Shown piece after piece: positions 43,497-61,543 of a DNA stretch of 64,000 nucleotides. The notes under the pieces were generated by a model. That model was not told the origin of the DNA. It saw nothing but the letters and a program-made list of their open reading frames with translations, and did no database searches. The stretch's first letter is position 1. Each line of letters opens with the position of its first letter. The DNA comes from the human T2T-CHM13v2.0 reference genome, Homo sapiens. The stretch lies in the NCBI RefSeq assembly GCF_009914755.1, contig NC_060931.1; one strand, written 5' to 3'. The position numbers and the translations under genes are program-made.

Positions 43497-46162
43497 TTAG
43501 CTAGTGAAGACCTGAAGGGCTCCCCTGGAGAGGCTTGCGCTGTAGGTCCCCAGCTGTATAAATATGACCAATGGAGAAAAGCCACCAGCAGCAGAATTTG
43601 ACTGAATTAGAAGACTTACTTCATCTCACAGAGCTTGTCACTGGAGGTGGAAAAAGAAGCATCTTTCCTGCCATAGGCCTTGTGGTCTTTAATCTGCCTC
43701 ATTTCAACAGGCAGCACCAGGGTCGTGGCTGCATTAAAATACTCAGGTTGTAGGAAATGAAAATGCGAACATCACTCGGCAAGTGAAAAACCGAGGTGCT
43801 GATAAAGTGACCTACATAGGGTCACACATTTAGTTAGCAACATATCTGGGATGGAAACCTAGGGCTCTTGAGTTCTAATCCTAATGATTATCTCACCATT
43901 AGACAAAGCCAGCTACGGTTCCAAGCACCCTGAACTCTACTTCACTATTAAGTTATTGTGCTTTCTGTCATGGCTTAGTTTTTGACAATGAAATATTCAA
44001 TTTCAATTTTTTAGACACAAAAGTATAGACATTAATACAACTCATTATATAGCTGACAACAAAGATAAAATATAAGCAAAAATAAAGACTATAATTCATC
44101 ATAAATAAATATACTAAAACAACACCTGTGGTTCCCTTCTAGTCTTTTCTATGCATAGTATTTATGTAAAAGAGATTATACTTGTAGTTTTCTACTCTGC
44201 ACTTCCTCTTAAAAATATGAATATTTGCTAATGTAATAATAAAAGTTATGAAAAAATATTCTTATTCCACGTCTATAGTTGCTTATTAAGTGGATCTCTG
44301 TCCTTGGATTTAATTTTCAGCTTGTATTTTACCACTTTTACTGTGATTAATTCTGTAATTATTAGTTATCCATGTATATTAAAATAAAAATTCAAAATAT
44401 TACTGAAAATTTACAATAAAAATATAAATTATTCCTCATCACCACCATCACTATCATCACCAAATCCAACATGACCCCTATTCTCTCTCCAAGTTCTCAG
44501 AGAAAAGCAATTTTGCCGGTGTCAATGCTAGTTCTGTGGTGGACAGCTCTGTACGCCCAGGAAGCAGGAACACAGATCCACTTCCTTATTTCCCCAGTTC
44601 AAACACAATCCATCACCTCTCAGCTGTAAGACAAAGAGTTCCACTAACTTCCACAATCAATTGTTCTTTTCTCCTTTTCTTACCAATTTTTCCTGTATCA
44701 TCTTTTCAAATTGACATTATCACTTTACTAATGAATTTAAAACACTGTTTTTTAATCCATTTTGGAAGAAACTTGCTCATTATTCACCAAACTGATTTTC
44801 TTTTTTCGGCTGCTCTTCAGCTATTCCACATTTCTCGGCCTCCTTTGCTATGTGACTACGTTCTAGCTACTGGAATATGGCAGAAGTATGTGCCAGGTTC
44901 AGGCCTGGCCTTCAAAACATCCGGGGATGCCTTCTGAGAACTCTCTGGTTCTCTCCCATTCTAAAGTTGGAATTAAACTATTCTTGAATCTTCAGAGGTG
45001 ATGGATGTTCAAGGTGGAGGGACCTGGGTTCTTGATTCAGCATTCTGAAGGCCATCTGCTAAATAACTGATGTATTTTATTGTAATAAAATAAATTTTAT
45101 TTTGAGCAATTGAGAAAGAAACTACTATTTTCTTAAAAGATTGAGATTGCAGGGTTTATTTGCTATAGCAGCTGGAAGAACCTTAAGTCATGTACCCATC
45201 AATTTTACACAGCATCTCTTGCTACCCATTTGTAAAATGAAAAATGCGGTGTATCCTGCATCTGTCTCCAGTACCTTCCAACAGAAAACCTACCATGCCT
45301 CTTGTAATGTTGAGGCTTGTACTATTGACTTTCTGTTCCAAAATCACAAAGGAACCTCTTTGGAAAGGAGGTTCTCCTTCCTTGGGAAACTGAAAATCAA
45401 TTAAAAACATTTAAAATATTAGGCATATGAAAATATCATTCCCTGAAGAACTAAGTAACGTGATTATAGCCACAAAGAAGATGTAATTTTATATTACTAA
45501 ACTTTTGCCATTTGAAGAAAAATGTTCCTAGCTTTAAGATTGGATGAATTATCTTTTTATACCAACAACAGGGGAATAAAAGCAAAATATGAAGAAAAAA
45601 AGAGGCCAAAAATTATAAGCAAAAACAAACTAAAAAGCTGCAGAAATATTCCTGAAAGAAATACTGATCAAACTACATTTATTTCAGTGATTTTTTAAAT
45701 AGAGATAAAATATGCATATATAATTTACCATATTTACCATTTTTACATGTACAGTTCAGCGGTAATAAATGCATTTATATTCTCTCTCTTTCATCCGTCC
45801 TCCTTATAAATGAAATAATTAATCATTCATTAATTATTACATTTATTAATAAACGACATTTATTTCTGTGACTTTTAAGATGCATTTTCCCCACATTTGG
45901 CATCTCTGAAACAAGCCTGTACTGTGTGGTGTCTGTGGGTCAGGCAGCAGTCATGATGTGTGTGCCAGGCAAACTTGGCTGTCACCCTCGTTCAACCACA
46001 GCTGCAGGACTTTTCAGTCCAGTCACAGGAAAGCCACTCAGGCAGGAATAGGAGTACTGGTTATTACCAGGAAGTTTTTGGTTGACACCTTCTGGATGAT
46101 TAAAAAAAAAGCAGACTTAGAAAAATATCCCAACAGTAGTGTAACATTCTTTTAAGAAATGC

Positions 46163-46446
46163 ATATCCTCACTTATAAGTGGGAGCTAAAGGATGAGAAC
46201 ACAGGACACATAGAGGGGAACAACACACACTGAAGCCTGCCAGAGGGCGGAGAATGGGAGGGAGACAATGGGGAAAATAGCTAATGGGTACTAGGCTTCA
46301 TACCTGGGTAATAAAATAATCTGTACAACAAACCCTCATGACATGAGTTTACCCTTTACCTATATAACAAACCTGCACATGCACCTCTGAGCTTAAAAGT
46401 TAAAAAAAAAAAAAGAAAAGAAAAGAAAAGGGGAAAAAAAAAAAAA
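46163..46446 (+). mobile_element. older L1PA/L1PB 3' end with long A-rich tail
   Basis: tcacttataagtgggagctaaa...aacaaacctgcacatgcacctctgagcttaaaag followed by an A-rich tail. Confidence 0.85.
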
Positions 46447-46809
<363 letters not shown>

Positions 46810-47328
46810 CTAAACTCAGTGTTTATTATGCCCACTTATTTAAAAAATGGCTTTGGCTATCTTAACCTACATCTGGCTAGATAAATGTGTCATTGTTTTA
46901 CATTTTTACAATTCATAAATGGCACCATACGATATATCTTGCAAACTAATTTTGTGTTGTTAATTCACTGATAGCTGTAGCTTTTCCCTGCCACTGGGTA
47001 GTAGTCTATAATATCATCCTACAATTTATTATCCATCCTTCCACTAATGCATTTATAAATGGTACCTAAATGTTTACTTTTACAAACAATGCTGCAGCAA
47101 ACATTCTTTTATATATGTTTTAATATGTAAATGAATTCTATATCTAGTGCTGGCGTTGCCCCCTCATCAAATTTCCAGGGGTTAATCCAGCTATGTGTGA
47201 CAGCAGCCACTGCCGCTGTCTCCAGCCCATCAGTGTCACATGCTGCCACTTTTGCCACCGTGATGGGCATAAAACGATGTCTCTCTTCAGTTTTAATATG
47301 CACTCTCTTGGTTACGAATAAAGTTTGA

Positions 47329-47329
<1 letters not shown>

Positions 47330-47370
<41 letters not shown>
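47330..47370. repeat. (TA)n microsatellite within an old antisense L1M
   Basis: Directly visible. Confidence 0.95.
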
Positions 47371-47373
<3 letters not shown>

Positions 47374-47592
47374 TTGGCCATTTGGATTTTCTCTCTTTGA
47401 ATTGCTGGATTACATCATTTGTCTATTTTTCTACTTGTTTGTTCATCTTTTCCTCACTGATTTGTAGTATATTTTAGGTATTCTGGATGGACAAACTTTT
47501 GTTCTATGGGCTGAGAATATCTTCTCCCCATATGTGACTCACCTTCTCCCACCTCCACTTGAAAAGATTTCTTTTGATGCACTAGTGTTTTT

Positions 47593-47957
47593 TTTATTAT
47601 TATTATACTTTAAGTTCTAGGGTTCGTGTGCACAACGTGCAGGTTTATTACATATGTATACGTGTGCCATGTTGGTGTACTGCACTCATTAACTCGTCGT
47701 TTACATTAGGTATATCTCCTAATGCTATCCCTCCCCCCTCCCCCCACCCCACAACAGGCCCTGGTGTGTGATGTTCCCCACCCTGTGTCCAAGTGTTCTC
47801 ATTGTTCAATTCCCACCTATGAGTGAGAACATGTGGTGTTTGGTTTTGTCCTTGTGATATTTTGCTCAGAATAATGGTTTCCAGCTTCATCCATGTTCCT
47901 ACAAAGGAAATGAACTCATCCTTTTTGATGGCTGCATAGTATTCCATGGCATATGTG
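47593..47957 (-). mobile_element. 5'-truncated L1PA (PA4/5-like) 3' end
   Basis: Antisense L1 3'UTR. 17-bp TSD gatg(c/a)actagtgttttt at 47576-47592 and 47958-47974. Confidence 0.93.
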
Positions 47958-48154
47958 GATGAACTAGTGTTTTTAAATGCAATACAGTGACTTTTATCTT
48001 TTCTGTGTGCAGTTTGTGATGTTTGTGTCATGTGTGTGAAATCCTTCCCTTCCCAATGAGGTTATAAAGGTATTTGTTTATATATTTGCAAAAAGCTTTA
48101 GGTTTGTTTTCTACATTTACATCTTTAATTCATGTGGATTTTATATGTGCACAC

Positions 48155-48499
48155 TGAGAAAAATGACTACTTTTGAAAGTAGCCCGATTTTCTAACAAGC
48201 CACATGCCCACAGAACTGAAGCTTGATAAACTTATGATTTGTACAATGAAATGCACCTGCTGCCTGGTGACCAACTCTTCTTTCTTGCCCTCCCAGCCCC
48301 ATTTTCCTTCCCTGCTATATACACCCCTAAATTTAGTTGGAGGCAGGAAGAAGAAACAGATTTGAGGTTTTGCTCCAATCTCTCTGGCTGGCGTCATCCA
48401 AATGAAACCTTCCTCCCTGGCAATACTCATCTCAGGGATTGGTTTTCCATGCCCTGGTGAGCAGTGGAAGCTAGACTGAACCCCTGGAATTTGGCAAGA
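48155..48499 (+). mobile_element. ERV1 solo LTR (MER39/MER34-like)
   Basis: TATA-like ctatata, cttccctggcaatact-like motif and terminus gctagactgaacccctggaatttggcaaga, similar to the recalled MER39 end. Confidence 0.65.
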
Positions 48500-49924
48500 A
48501 TTTTATATTTCCCCATATGGGTAAGCCATGCATCCTGAATTATTTAGCATCGCTTGTTGACTAGGTCTTTCTCTCCCGCTGGTCTTGATGCCACCTTCTG
48601 AGATTGAGGCTATGTTCTCAGCTCTACAGATGGGAGACAGGGAGAGAGGCTTGGTAAGAGTTGCCTTGCATCCGTTCCACAAATCACCCTCTTAGTGTCA
48701 AATCTCATTTCTCTGTGTAGCTGCTCCATGCAGAGGGGTGTTAGGGGAGTGAGTGCATTCCTAGTAAATGGGTCTCACCTGTGCTCTGAGCCATGGATTC
48801 CTCTACTGGGATATGTTTGTTAATGTGATCCTGTCTTCCTTCTGTCTTGCAGAAATTTGTCAAAATCTTGGTCTGTGGCTTCCTCCTTTGCTTTTCGGTG
48901 TCGTATAAACATAGTTCCTTTTGGGTTTCTTTACTCTTATTTCAATCATTTTAAAGGAAGAAAGGGGATTTAATTATATCTGCTTTGTTCTTCCTCTTAA
49001 ATATTATGTAAATTATCAATTTGCATGCTGTTGTCAATATTTAATCATAAGGGAAACAGTTACTTCCAATTTTTCACTGTTACAAATAGGAGAGCAACAA
49101 TTAATACTGATTTCAAACTTGCTTTTGGTTTTTAGGACATCTTCACTATGTATTTTGCCTGATTTTTGTAATTTGTTTGATCTCCTAACATACTAAATAT
49201 ATTAACATAGGAAATTTGTTGCAAATATTTTACCAGATTTTGTTTTCCTTTTATTTCTGCTTTATATTTAAGTGTATGTTTATTATACAGTAAAACTATA
49301 TTTTCCTTCTAATTATTTTTTGGCTTTTATTGCTTTTATTCTAATGATGATATTTTTGTTGAGATAATAATTATTTATCTCCATTTTCTTAGCTTCTATT
49401 ATACAGTATTATCTTTTTTCTATTTTTCTTAGTTTCTATAACACACAATATTTTCTTTTTTCTATTTTTCTGTTTAGCTACTTAAATACATCTGAGATTG
49501 GGGTATGATATGTGGTGAGAATATTAATTTATATAATAAATGACATTGGAAACCTTAGCTAGCTTCTTGAAAAATATTGGCCATTCCTTATTCTACTAAT
49601 TTGTGGTATTCTCTTAATTTATATTAATTTATTTCTATAACTATCTCATCATAAAATGTGCAGAATAACAAGTAACAATTTAGAATGCCAATTTGTGCAG
49701 ATGAACTTCGGTTATAATGAAACACAGATAACTCACAATACAGAGATGATGGCTTTGCAAGTTTAAACAGGAGTGTTGATGACCAGATCTCTGTCTGAAT
49801 TTGTTTTAGGGAAGCTGTACCAGGTTATCTTTTTCTGACAAAGGACTAACTTCTTGGGAGTTTGTGTCACCTCTTCTGTTGAAGTACCACTGGGATGCTT
49901 CAGGATTTTCATGTCAGAGAGGCT

Positions 49925-52481
<2,557 letters not shown>

Positions 52482-54783
52482 TTTCCTCACCAGGCACTCT
52501 GATGCAGGATTCCAGCGTTTTATACCCTCAATGACCCATCTTCATTACCATTAAAATTTAGTGATGCATGTAAAGACGTCTCTTTTTTTTAAATAAATCT
52601 TTGTTTTGGTCTCAGTAGGTTGTATATTTCCATTTATATTGTACTTTCTTGAGATGCACTGTAGGCTGATTACATAGGGCGATTTGTTGGTCTAGATGGA
52701 GATCACAGAAACCAAGGCATTTCTGGAACGTATTATTTCTCTGTGAGGCTACTTCAATGCCTGAGTCAAGAGCAAGAATCCCAATCCTAAATTAGTCCTT
52801 GCAGCCTTGACCTCAGCCACTTTCTCTGTTGAATCAGGCTTTTTGGTTTTGTGTCCAGCAGACAGGAAGTCATAGAGCTTTGACTCATTCATTCTGAAAA
52901 ATAAATTTTTGAGGGGGCTTTTCCTATTCCAATCAGAGCTTAGCATTTACATGTTGACTAAATCACCACCCAGAAAATTCTCGTATTTGGAAGCTGCTCC
53001 TCTGAGTTTGTAATTTAGCCACATGCAGAACTGGGTTCGGAGAGTCTTCAGATACCAGACACAATACCCAGAAACATGCTGAGTTTCAAGGTTGTAGTGA
53101 ATTGCCTGGGTGAGGAATTGGTACAAAAATGATATTAACAAAATCTACAACAACCTATTTACATTTCCTCAGATGTGGAAATAGGTATCATGTTTTAAGG
53201 ATCCTGTCCCTCCCCTGGCCCAAATGTTAAAAGGTGAGCGTAGACAAACACAGGCCTAAGAAGAATCGACCTGGCTGGAAATGCATGAGAGAGGGTCAGG
53301 GTAAACCAGTTTCCTTCAAGAAGACAAATAGAAGCAATATCACAGTTGCTCTTTTATGAGCACTTTTCTGAGTAGAGGAAAAGATGAAAGAGGAGAAAAA
53401 AGTGCCCACGGAGATCCGGTGGAAAATAAATGGGGAACAGAGATGAAGTCAAGGTGTGTGGATCCGGGCTGTGCATTTGGGCGGTAAAAACACCACCGAA
53501 GCAGCATCCTGTTACACTTGACTTTGTTTTCAGTCCCTCTGATCTCAACTGCCACTTGAGTTCATCATTTCCTACAGTCAGCACGCTCATTCAAAATAAC
53601 AAAAACCAAACCCAACACTGGAAGATGCTATAAAATCTCATCATCTGTGGAATTTGAGAATTCATGTAAAGAATCTTAGCCTGGGGACAGGAGAGAGTCC
53701 CACCAAAAACACAGCAGGCACATAAGGCCTCAAAATGGTCTTCATCTAGCTCAGCAAAACACACAACGTTTACATAAGTTTTGTGACCTTAAGAGCAGAG
53801 CTGTAATATCTGGGTCTGTAAAATGAGGAATTGAGACTCATGGTCTCAAAAGTTTCTCTGACTTCTAGTGTCCTGTGCCTCTGTGGTCTCATCTCCTGTC
53901 ATTCCTCACAGGCAGCCTTCCAGAGAGGGTGGACACAATGCCTTCGACTGGCAGAGGGTCCCTGAAGAAGTGACAAGCAAACCTCAAAAAGGAGATCATG
54001 AAGTGGACGACTCAAATTTTGGATGTTGATGTGTCCTGCCCTCCCCTCTCTGCTCATTCCTCCTCACTCTGCATCCTCCTAGGCACCAATTCTCATTGGG
54101 CTGCCTTGGTTCTCTAATGCAGGGAAAAATGCTCTGCCCCAGTAATTCATTTAATGGGCCATATTCCAGAGCAACTTGTATTTTAAACAGCGCATTTGAG
54201 AGAGTAAAAGTTGACCTAGTAAGAGGACATTGATCAGAATGAAATGTCATTCTGGAATGGAGAGGGAATTGTGGAGCATCCTTTAACTCGGGCCTTGCAG
54301 GGAGTCAGTGAGGTGGGTGAGCTGGTCTCCACAGCCTTCCCTGTCATGAGAATTACATACTGTTCTGGACAATCTGCTGTCCAGCCTCCCTGACTCATCC
54401 GTCATTCTGGGTTATTGCATTCTCACCAGAGGGTCAGCAGCAGGCGCTGAGCAACAGTCCAGGTCAAGTTAAGCAAGATTCCTGTTTGCCGCTGTGTGTT
54501 AAATTCCAGTACTGGTTAAAGCATAGGCTGGCCATGTGTTTAAACTATGCACTAATAGAACAGCTCATCAAAAGAAAGTAATCTTGAATATGATAGACAC
54601 ATTTGTATGGTGTGATTTGTTCTGAGGCTATGGGACCAATTTCCTACCATTCTATCATTATCACTAAATTAATGTTTAAACTCTTGATGAAATAAAAATG
54701 AAAGTTGATTAGGACTTAAGACTTGAGTATCTTAGCAAGAACTATCGAGCATGTGCCATAGAATAGGTATCCTGGTGCTTATT

Positions 54784-54815
<32 letters not shown>

Positions 54816-54847
54816 GAGAAAGAGAGGAGAGGGAGAGGAGAGAGAGC
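54784..54847. repeat. (GA)n-rich microsatellite
   Basis: Directly visible. Confidence 0.9.
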
Positions 54848-56212
54848 GATTTGGATTATTTTGGAGAGAAAACAAGTAGAAGAAAAGAAAAACTGAGAAA
54901 AAGATCATTCAATTTAAATTTCCATTGATTCTGGAATAAACACTAGTTAGGCAAATGACTCTTCCCTCCTCTAATTCCTATTTAATGTAGTAACATACAT
55001 ATTTGACTATTTCCTCCCAGTGCCTCTTACACCAATGTCATCCCATTCCTTTCGCTCCAGGTATTTGAGTTTTCTCACTGTGTATCAGTAATACTGTAAA
55101 GGATGAAGGTTTATTCCTGTCTAGTATTTTATATGATTTATTAAAAACTTCATGGTTCACTGAGGGGTTGGTTAATCATACATCGTAAGTCTTACCACCT
55201 ATCAGTTCTTTTCCAACTCTAAAACCCTATGAGTCATGTGTCAACACCAGAAATGAGCTGCTGTGAAATGATGGTGATATTTCAGTTGTTCTCTGAAATA
55301 CAAAAAACACGTGGACAAGGCTTCACAGCTGTGAGATGAGAAGCATGGTACTTGTCCAGCTTATGTCATGCAAACTTGCTTTTATGGCATCAAGTCGGTG
55401 AACTTTGCCTAAAACTGCAGCATGATGTTGTCAAAACAGTGACCTGAAGACTCATCAGGATCCAAAACATGTTCTTCAGGACTCTGCCTGGATTCCTTCT
55501 AATGGTAGCTTCTTTAAAGCACTGGAGACTTCTGCTAAGATACAAAGATACTCCTTGGGAGAGAATAGGCTGAAAAATAATGATCCCTAACACATGAATA
55601 ATTTCTACACTTTATTTGAAAGTTCTCACATCAATTAACTCATGTCCCTTGTAACAACCCTGAGAAGAGAGTGCAGAGGAATAATCACCCAACTGGGAGA
55701 TGTGAGAAAGTGAGGCTCAGAGATGTTGGGCAACTTCGTGGAGCTCATACATACCCTCAGCAGGAAACAGATCCAAGGTTAGAACACAGGCTTTCTGGTG
55801 CTGCTCCATGCTCTCTACCAGCAAGTCATTATATTTAGGTGATCACATTATCTTTAGGAACTACAATTTCCTGAGTTCCACCAACACTGCACCAAGGAAA
55901 GGGCTGCAAGTTCCTCCAACTCAAACATTCTAGGTAGGAAGCATAGACGAAGAGTAGAATGGGGAGGAATTACGGAAGTGTTACCACTGAGCATTCACAA
56001 GACTATGAACTGCTTGAGGGAAAACATCAAGCCACATTTGTCTATCCATTCAGTCATCAATCCCGCTTTGAGCATCTGTCCATGCTAGGCACAGCGCTGG
56101 GTCATAGGGATGAGCAGACATGATGTAGAACTGAGCAAAGGCTAACACGTGGTAGGGGTGGGGACACAGAAACTTTAAGGCACTAGAAAGCAGAGAATTA
56201 ATATCCAGAGAA

Positions 56213-57432
56213 GAAGGAACTCCTACAACTCAATAGTAAAGAATCAAATAACCCAAGTAAAACAATAGGCAAAGGGCCTGAATAGACATTTCTTCCAAAG
56301 AAGACATACGGAGATGCAACAGGTGTATATTAAGGTGCTCAGCACCACTAATCATCAGGGAAACGCAAATCAAAACCGCAATGTGACATCACTTCACCCG
56401 TTAGGATGTTTATTATTAAAAGATCTAAATATAATGAGTGTTGGTGAGGACGTGAAGAAAAGGGAAAAACTGCATGCTGTTGGTGGGACGGCAAATTGTT
56501 ATAGTCATTATGGAAAGTAGTATGGAGGTTCCACAAAAAAATAAAAATCAAAATAGAACTGCCATATGATCTAGCAATTCCACTTCTGGGTGTACGTTAA
56601 AAAATAAAATGAAATCATTATCTCAAAGACATAACTGCACTCCCATGCTCACTGCACTATTATTCACAATAATCAAGATACAGATGCAACTTAAGAATCC
56701 ATTGATAGATGAAGAAATTGTAGTAACTATCAAATGAAATGTTATTCAGCTTTAAAAAAAGAATGAAATCCTGCTATTTACAAGAATATGAATATTATAC
56801 CAAGTGAAATAACCCAGGCACAGAATGATAAACACTGCATGATCTTACTTGTGAAATCTAAAAAGGTGGACTTATAGAAATAGAGTAGAACATCAGTTGA
56901 GGACGGGTGATCTTGGTCAAAGGGTACAACCTTGCAGATAGAAGCTGAATAAGCTCTGCAGATCTAATGTATATAACACTGTATTGTGTACTTGGAATTT
57001 GCTGAGAGCAGATCTTAAATGTTCTCATCACACATACACACACACACGCACACACACAGGCACACACATGCACACACAGGCACACACAGGCACACACACA
57101 GGCATGCCCACACACACACGTGCACACAGACGCACAAGGCACACACGTGCGCACACACACGTGCACACACATGTGCGCAGACACACGGGCACACACAGGT
57201 ACACACGTGCGCACACACAGGCACGCACACACGCACACTCAGGCACGCACATTCAGCACACACACTCAGGCACACACACTCAGGCACACACCGTGGCAAC
57301 AAGGTTAGGATGGGTATGTCCCTTAGCTTGATCGTGGTGATCATTTCACAATGTGTTTATCAAAACACCATATCGCGCACCCTAAATATACACAATTTTT
57401 ATTTGTCATACCTTAACAAAGCTGGAAAAAAA
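56213..57432 (+). mobile_element. L1MA-like 3' fragment with an expanded (CA/CAGG)n tract at 57028-57291
   Basis: ORF2 end and 3'UTR motifs (gctgagagcagatcttaaatgttctcatcacac...ttagcttgatcgtggtgatcatttcacaatg). Confidence 0.88.
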
Positions 57433-58031
57433 TATCAAAAAGAAAGGAGCCAGTGGGAAGCCTGTTCAGAAGGAGCTCTGCTTCCTGCAGGCTGCCACCT
57501 GGAGAAACACTTCTTCCCAGGATGGGCTTGGTATGTCTTCATTTCAGGCCACGCTGCCTCTGTCCAGATTAACAGATGTTTTCTCTTGCACTTCATCCCT
57601 CCCCCACAGCTTCCAGGTAGAGGCTTCTTTCAAGCCACAGGATCGATTCGTCGTGGAAGGAATCAATACTGGTGTTTGGAAATGAAAAGTAGGCAAAGGC
57701 GGAAGGTATTTAGCTTTGGCGGACAACGTCTCTGTCTAAATTCTCCCTCCTCCTGCAGCTGAGCTGGAAACATCCAGATTGGAACCCATGCTCAGTCTCA
57801 GGGCATTTAAGGAATAATTCATCACAACATTCCACCCGAGCCCCGCCAAAACCTCAGATAACTAACATTTCCTCTGTTGTAAACTTTCAGGAAAGAGTGG
57901 CACATCTCCAAGGAAGCAAGCTGATTTGGGGGACTTACCCTGGACACTATTTTTCTACGATGCCTTGCATTTACTGCATGTCCTGTGAAATCTCCAAAAC
58001 CCTATTCATATTATTCATATGCTTCTATGGT

Positions 58032-58338
58032 CTTTTTGTTTGTTTGTTTTTTTGTTTTTTGAGATGGAGTCTCGCTCTGTGGCCCAGGCTCACAGATCTC
58101 GGCTGTGGCGCGATCTCGGCTCACCGCAACCTCCACCTCCCTGGTTCAAGCGATTCTCCTGCCTCAGCCTACCAAGTAGCTGGGCCTGCCATCATGCCTG
58201 GCTAATTTTTGTATTTTTAGTAGAGACGGGGTTTCACCATGTTGGCCAGGCTAGTCTTGAACTCCTGACCTCAGGTGATGTGCCCGCCTCAGCCTCCCAA
58301 AGTGCTGGGGTTACAGGTGTGAGCCACTGCACCCAGCC
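58032..58338 (-). mobile_element. AluS-like with a small internal rearrangement
   Basis: Complete dimer. 58091-58104 replaces the usual ggagtgca. Confidence 0.93.
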
Positions 58339-59447
58339 TAAGGCAAGAAATATTAATGCATTCTAATCTCTAACAGAATTTTCAGTTTTCTAAATTTTAC
58401 CTATAATTTACTGAAGTTTACTTACTGAGACAAATGAAAAAGGATTCTGCAATTCGATAAAGAGTTTTAGTAAAAAAGAAGGGAATAAAAAAGGCCGGAG
58501 GGGTCCTTCAGTTAAATCATATTTAATAGTTGCAAATCTAATCCCTAGAACATTTTGGTAAATCAGATTTCCCTGGTAGTTTTTATTTGTACTCAAAAGA
58601 AACTCTTTCCTTTATTCTTTTTGCCCCTGCCTTTCCTCACCCCTTCTCTGAAACTAGGTCAACCTTCACCCACACAACAGCACTAGAACAAAGAGAAATG
58701 GGCATTCCTAAAGGACCAGGGGCATCAATCTGCAACACTTTCAAAATGACAGAAAGGAGAAAGCATGTTTTATGAGGAAAAGAAGATCTAGAGGCATTTT
58801 GATGTTTATATTTGCTACAGTTGTACAGGAATGATGAGACATGTAATTAATAAAGACCATAAGCCATCATCCTTTATAAGCCACCAATTATATGGAAGGC
58901 ATTATATAAGGATTGAAAAATGTATATATGAAATCTCATCCCTGAATTGCAGGAGCTTAGACTGAAGCTGGAAATTGAGTCTCACACCCACTCTACCTCC
59001 TTCACCTGTGTTCCTGGTGCCTTGAACAGGGACTGACCCAGAGAAGGCACCCTACAGATATTTGTCAAAGAAGTAAACCAATGAATTAATGTATGATTTA
59101 TACATTAATTACAGGAGTATAAAGTGCTTAGAATTCAGAGAAGGCAGAGAAATTACCTCTGGATAGGGGACTTCCATGAGGGTCCCATGGTGGAGGAGCT
59201 GGGAACAGAGACTCTGTAAGATTTAAAAGGGGAGATAAGGTGGGCAGTGAGCCAGGTGTCAGGGCAGGACTCTGGCTGAATGGACAGGAGTGACCAGAGG
59301 CAGGGAGGGTTCATTTCTCCCTGTCCCCAAAGGCACCTTAATGTTCTGATCATGAAAAATGGTCCTGAGCTGCCAAACACTTCATTCTTCCTGACATCAG
59401 ATATGTGCTCTTCCCTCAGCCAGATGAAACGAGGGAGGAAAGTATTT

Positions 59448-59999
59448 ATATATATATATATATATATATTTATTATACTTTAAGTTCTAGGGTACATGTG
59501 CACAACATGCAGGTTTGTTACATATGTATACATGTGCCATGTTGGTGTGCTGCACCCATTAACTCGTCATTTACATTAGGTATATCTCCTAATGCTATCC
59601 CTCCGCCAGTCCCCCACCCCACGACAGGCCCCAGTGTGTGATGTTCCCCTTCCTGTGTCCAAGTGTTCTCATTGTTCAATTACCACATATGAGTGAGAAC
59701 ATGCAGTGTTTGGTTTTTTGTCCTTGCGGTAGTTTGCTGAGAATGATGGTTTCCAGCTTTATCCATGTCCCTACAAAGGACATGAACTCATCATTTTTAT
59801 GGCTGCATAGTATTCCATGGTGCATGTGTGCCACATTTTCATAATCCAGTCTATCATTGTTGGACATTTGGGCTAGAAATACCATTTGACCCAGCCATCC
59901 CATTACTGGGTATATACCCAAAGGAATATAAATCATGCTGCTATAAAGACGCATGCACATGTATGTTTATTGCAGCACTACTCACAATAGTAAAGACTT
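59448..59999 (-). mobile_element. short L1PA with 5' inversion; tail converted to (TA)n
   Basis: Antisense 3' end up to 59872 and sense segment 59873-60001. TSD gggaggaaagtattt at 59433-59447 and 60000-60014. Confidence 0.93.
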
Positions 60000-60557
60000 G
60001 GGAGGAAAGTATTTTAAACAAACGTTGCCACTCTTTCAAAACTTAACCCAAGGATTACCTTCCTTGGGACGTGTGACTTGGATGCATTCTAAGAGTGTTC
60101 CAACAACAACAACTGCTATTATTTCCTGAGGCTTACTCTCTGCGGGGCCCTTGGACTAACAATAACAAAGTCAACAGGTTATAAACAACAAAATACATCA
60201 GTCATATACTATATTTTATCAAGTCTAAAATGTCATTGACTGTAATAAAGACGATTGCTTCCTACACCAACAAGAAAGAAACAACATTTTGGCACTTAAA
60301 ATTTGAAACATTAATTTTTACTTAAGTCCTTATTTCATTAAAATAACCCTTTGTATCTACTGATGATTTTTGCCACATATCAATTTTGTTAATAAGCTGA
60401 AAGGAAAATACAAATGAAATAAACTTGTTTCTGCATTCCTGAAATGTCTTCACATCCAGGGTTGGCTCTTCTGAATCACATTTCAACACCAATAGAGTCA
60501 AGATCATTTTTTTCCCAGTACAATGTCAGGATTGATGTCATTAACAGTGCTTAATTA

Positions 60558-60906
<349 letters not shown>

Positions 60907-61094
60907 TATTTTTCTCATAAGCCTCTGACATCCATGCTACAGGTTTTGATGTATATCTACAAGCAATGGCAACAATATCATCACCTTTCCCTGACAATAG
61001 GGATTGTAAAGATCCATCCTAGAGATATTAAAATATAGAAAATTATCTCTACACTAAAATTGATGAATGACGGTACCACGAGTAGAGCAAGCTA

Positions 61095-61424
<330 letters not shown>

Positions 61425-61543
61425 TTATAGTGCAATTTCAGATAGAGGGTGGACAGGGAGGACCTCCTTGAAAAGTTAACATTTGAGCAAAGACTTGAAA
61501 TTCCTGGGGAGTAAGGAGTACAGATATCTGGATAAAGAGTTTG

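Noticed and set aside
56858-57762. 247-aa His/Thr-rich ORF and overlapping Cys/Val-rich ORFs
   Set aside because: Microsatellite expansion within an L1MA 3'UTR.
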